A DNA stretch of 64,000 nucleotides, taken from NCBI GenBank assembly GCA_005882995.1, contig VBCY01000075.1:4734-68733 (forward strand). Direction: 5' to 3'. The notes under the pieces are model-generated. The model did no database searches. It had not been told where the DNA came from and worked only from the letters and a program-made list of their open reading frames with translations. Positions 62,149 through 64,000 of the stretch are shown here, in pieces. The stretch is from Betaproteobacteria bacterium (GTDB lineage: Bacteria > Pseudomonadota > Gammaproteobacteria > Burkholderiales > Casimicrobiaceae). Within the stretch, counting starts at the first letter, position 1. Each line of letters opens with the position of its first letter. The position numbers were made by a program, and so were the translations under genes.

Positions 62149-63102
62149 CTAAGGCAGCGCGACCGCGTGCAACAGAGCCTGCGCCTGCGGGCCGCCGGCG
62201 CGCGCGCTGCCGGCGAGGCGATGCGCGGCGAGTGCCGGAAAGACCGCCTGCACGTCTTCGGGAAGAACCATGGGCCGCCCGGCAAGAAGCGCCCAGGCCC
62301 GGCTCGCAGCGACCAGAAGCAGCCCGGCGCGCGGAGACAGACCGCGCTGCAGACGCGGCGTTGCGCCGCTGGTGCCGCGCGACGCTGCGAGCAGCGCCTG
62401 CACATAATCGAGCAGGGCGGGCGCGACGTGCACCGCGTCGACTTCGCGTTGCCACGCGGACAGGGTTGCGGCGTCCGCACATGGCGAGATTTCCGGAATG
62501 CGCCGCCGGCGATCGCCTGAGACCAGCAGCTCGCGCTCTGCAGCCGGATCCGGGTAGCCGAGCTCGATCGCCATCAAGAAGCGGTCGAGCTGCGATTCAG
62601 GCAGGGGATACGCGCCGATCTGCTCGGCCGGGTTCTGGGTGGCGATCACGAAAAAAGGCTCGGGCAGCGGTCGGGTTTCGCCGTCGATCGAGACCTGACG
62701 CTCTTCCATCGCCTCGAGAAGCGCGCTTTGAGTCTTCGGCGGTGCTCGATTGATTTCGTCGGCGAGCACGATCGAATGAAAAATCGGCCCCAAGTGAAAA
62801 CGGAACGCGTGTGCGGCAGGATCGAAAATCGATACGCCAAGCACATCGGCCGGTAAAAGATCGCTGGTGAACTGTATCCGGGCGTAATTTATGCCAAGCG
62901 TCCCTGCCAGCGCCTGCGCAAGGGTCGATTTGCCAACGCCCGGAATATCCTCGATGAGGAGGTGGCCGCGTGCGAGCAGGCAGGCGAGCGCCAGCTTAAG
63001 GGGTGTCTGCTTCCCTACGACGACGCGCCCAAGCGCGTCGATTACCGACGCCAGACGCTCGGACACGGGTATTGCCTGGGTCTGTGCAGGGCGAAGCGTC
63101 AT
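62149..63102 (-). CDS. MoxR-like AAA+ ATPase
   Basis: Walker A GVGKST, Walker B VLADEINRAPPKTQSALLEAMEE, and FFVIATQNP. 317 aa. Confidence 0.92.
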   Translation of the reverse strand: MTLRPAQTQAIPVSERLASVIDALGRVVVGKQTPLKLALACLLARGHLLIEDIPGVGKSTLAQALAGTLGINYARIQFTSDLLPADVLGVSIFDPAAHAFRFHLGPIFHSIVLADEINRAPPKTQSALLEAMEERQVSIDGETRPLPEPFFVIATQNPAEQIGAYPLPESQLDRFLMAIELGYPDPAAERELLVSGDRRRRIPEISPCADAATLSAWQREVDAVHVAPALLDYVQALLAASRGTSGATPRLQRGLSPRAGLLLVAASRAWALLAGRPMVLPEDVQAVFPALAAHRLAGSARAGGPQAQALLHAVALP

Positions 63103-63247
63103 GGATCATAAACTGGAGCAAGAAAAATGCCACTATAGAGGCCAGGCATCGTCTAGTCATCACCGCTCGCGGCGCGCTACACTCCGTTCGACTGCCTGAG
63201 CTTCGCGCTTCGCCCTCGTGGCGCAGGCGAGACGTTTCCTCTGTCCC

Positions 63248-64000
63248 ATGCCCACTGCTTTTATCACGCACCCAACGTGCCACCAGCACGAAATGGGGCC
63301 TTTTCATCCGGAGTGTCCGGCCCGTCTCGATGCCATTCACGATCGACTGATCAGCGACGGGCTCGATGGTTTTCTCGTGCATCACGCCGCATTGCCAGCG
63401 ACCCGCGAACAGCTCGAGCGCGTCCATGCTGCGCATTACGTCAACGAGATCGAGGCAGCGAGCCCGGAGTCGGGGATTCATTATGTGGATCCGGATACGG
63501 CGCTCAATCCGCATTCGCTCAGCGCAGCGCAGCACGCCGCCGGCGCCGTCGTGCTAGCCACCGATCTGGTGGCACGCGGCGAGTGTCGCGCCGCATTTTG
63601 CGCAGTGCGGCCTCCCGGACACCACGCCATGCGCTCTCACGCCATGGGCTTCTGCCTGTTCAACAACGTTGCCGTCGGCCTGGCTCATGCGTTGGCGGAG
63701 CACGGCATTGAACGCGCAGCGGTGGTCGACTTCGACGTGCATCACGGCAATGGCACCGAAGATATCTTCGCCAACGATTCGCGCGTCGTGATGACGGGAA
63801 CGTTCCAGTATCCGCTGTACCCGTACTCCGGTGTCGATCCGGCGGGTCCGAACATGCACAACGTTCCGCTGTCGCCGGGAAGCGGCAGCGACGCCTTTCG
63901 TGATGCGTTTTCCAGGCGTTGCCTGCCCGCGCTGGAAGCGCACCGGCCGCAGATGATTTTCGTCTCCGCCGGTTTCGACGCGCATCGCGAAGATCCGCTC
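63248..64000 (+). CDS. histone deacetylase/acetoin-utilisation family deacetylase (3'-truncated by window edge)
   Basis: This ORF is absent from the ORF track because no stop is reached. My own translation from ATG 63248 is MPTAFITHPTCHQHEMGPFHPECPARLDAI...RPPGHHA...GFCLFNNVAV...DFDVHHGNGTEDIF...VSAGFDAH. These are the HDAC class II / AcuC-like catalytic motifs. Confidence 0.9.
   Translation, partial: MPTAFITHPTCHQHEMGPFHPECPARLDAIHDRLISDGLDGFLVHHAALPATREQLERVHAAHYVNEIEAASPESGIHYVDPDTALNPHSLSAAQHAAGAVVLATDLVARGECRAAFCAVRPPGHHAMRSHAMGFCLFNNVAVGLAHALAEHGIERAAVVDFDVHHGNGTEDIFANDSRVVMTGTFQYPLYPYSGVDPAGPNMHNVPLSPGSGSDAFRDAFSRRCLPALEAHRPQMIFVSAGFDAHREDPL

Overview
High-GC (about 65%) proteobacterial chromosome segment. 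Gene order suggests a betaproteobacterium of Burkholderiales/Nitrosomonadales type; that is an inference from synteny, not a search result. The window is almost entirely tightly packed core housekeeping genes. On the + strand at the left edge: iscS(partial)-iscU-iscA-hscB-hscA-fdx-iscX. Then serB and rnr on the - strand, and tRNA-Leu(CAG). A long co-directional - strand block follows: ndk, rlmN, pilW, rodZ, ispG, hisS, yfgM, bamB, der, hfq, hflX, hflK, hflC, DUF2065, hisZ, purA and a phosphoribosyltransferase. After that come a TRAP transporter (dctPQM), tilS, accA, a GNAT, tartrate dehydrogenase, pntAA-pntAB-pntB, a 1145-aa CPBP-type membrane protein, an orphan ABC substrate-binding protein, hrpA, a DUF1631 protein, pyrD, mltB, ppc, a DapA-family aldolase with a small partner ORF, a VOC protein, a GST, surE-pcm-nlpD-rpoS, a MoxR/DUF58/transglutaminase triad and a 3'-truncated HDAC-family gene. 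I found no CRISPR array, integrase, transposase, reverse transcriptase, toxin-antitoxin pair or obvious defence island, and I cannot honestly point to a clearly novel multi-gene system. Five things deserve a second look. (1) The hisZ-purA junction is damaged: purA has an internal loss of about 61 nt plus a frameshift, hisZ looks C-terminally truncated, and a 78-bp near-perfect palindrome sits exactly between them. (2) A MITE-like element of about 272 bp with about 30-bp terminal inverted repeats is present as two roughly 95%-identical copies in opposite orientation 40 kb apart, plus a 40-bp termini-only derivative. (3) The giant CPBP protein is internally duplicated and overlaps the pntB stop. 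(4) rlmN carries an in-frame 46-codon insertion. (5) A small low-GC3 ORF next to tRNA-Leu takes its stop codon from the MITE terminus. All homology calls come from reading the translations and recalling family motifs. No database search was run.
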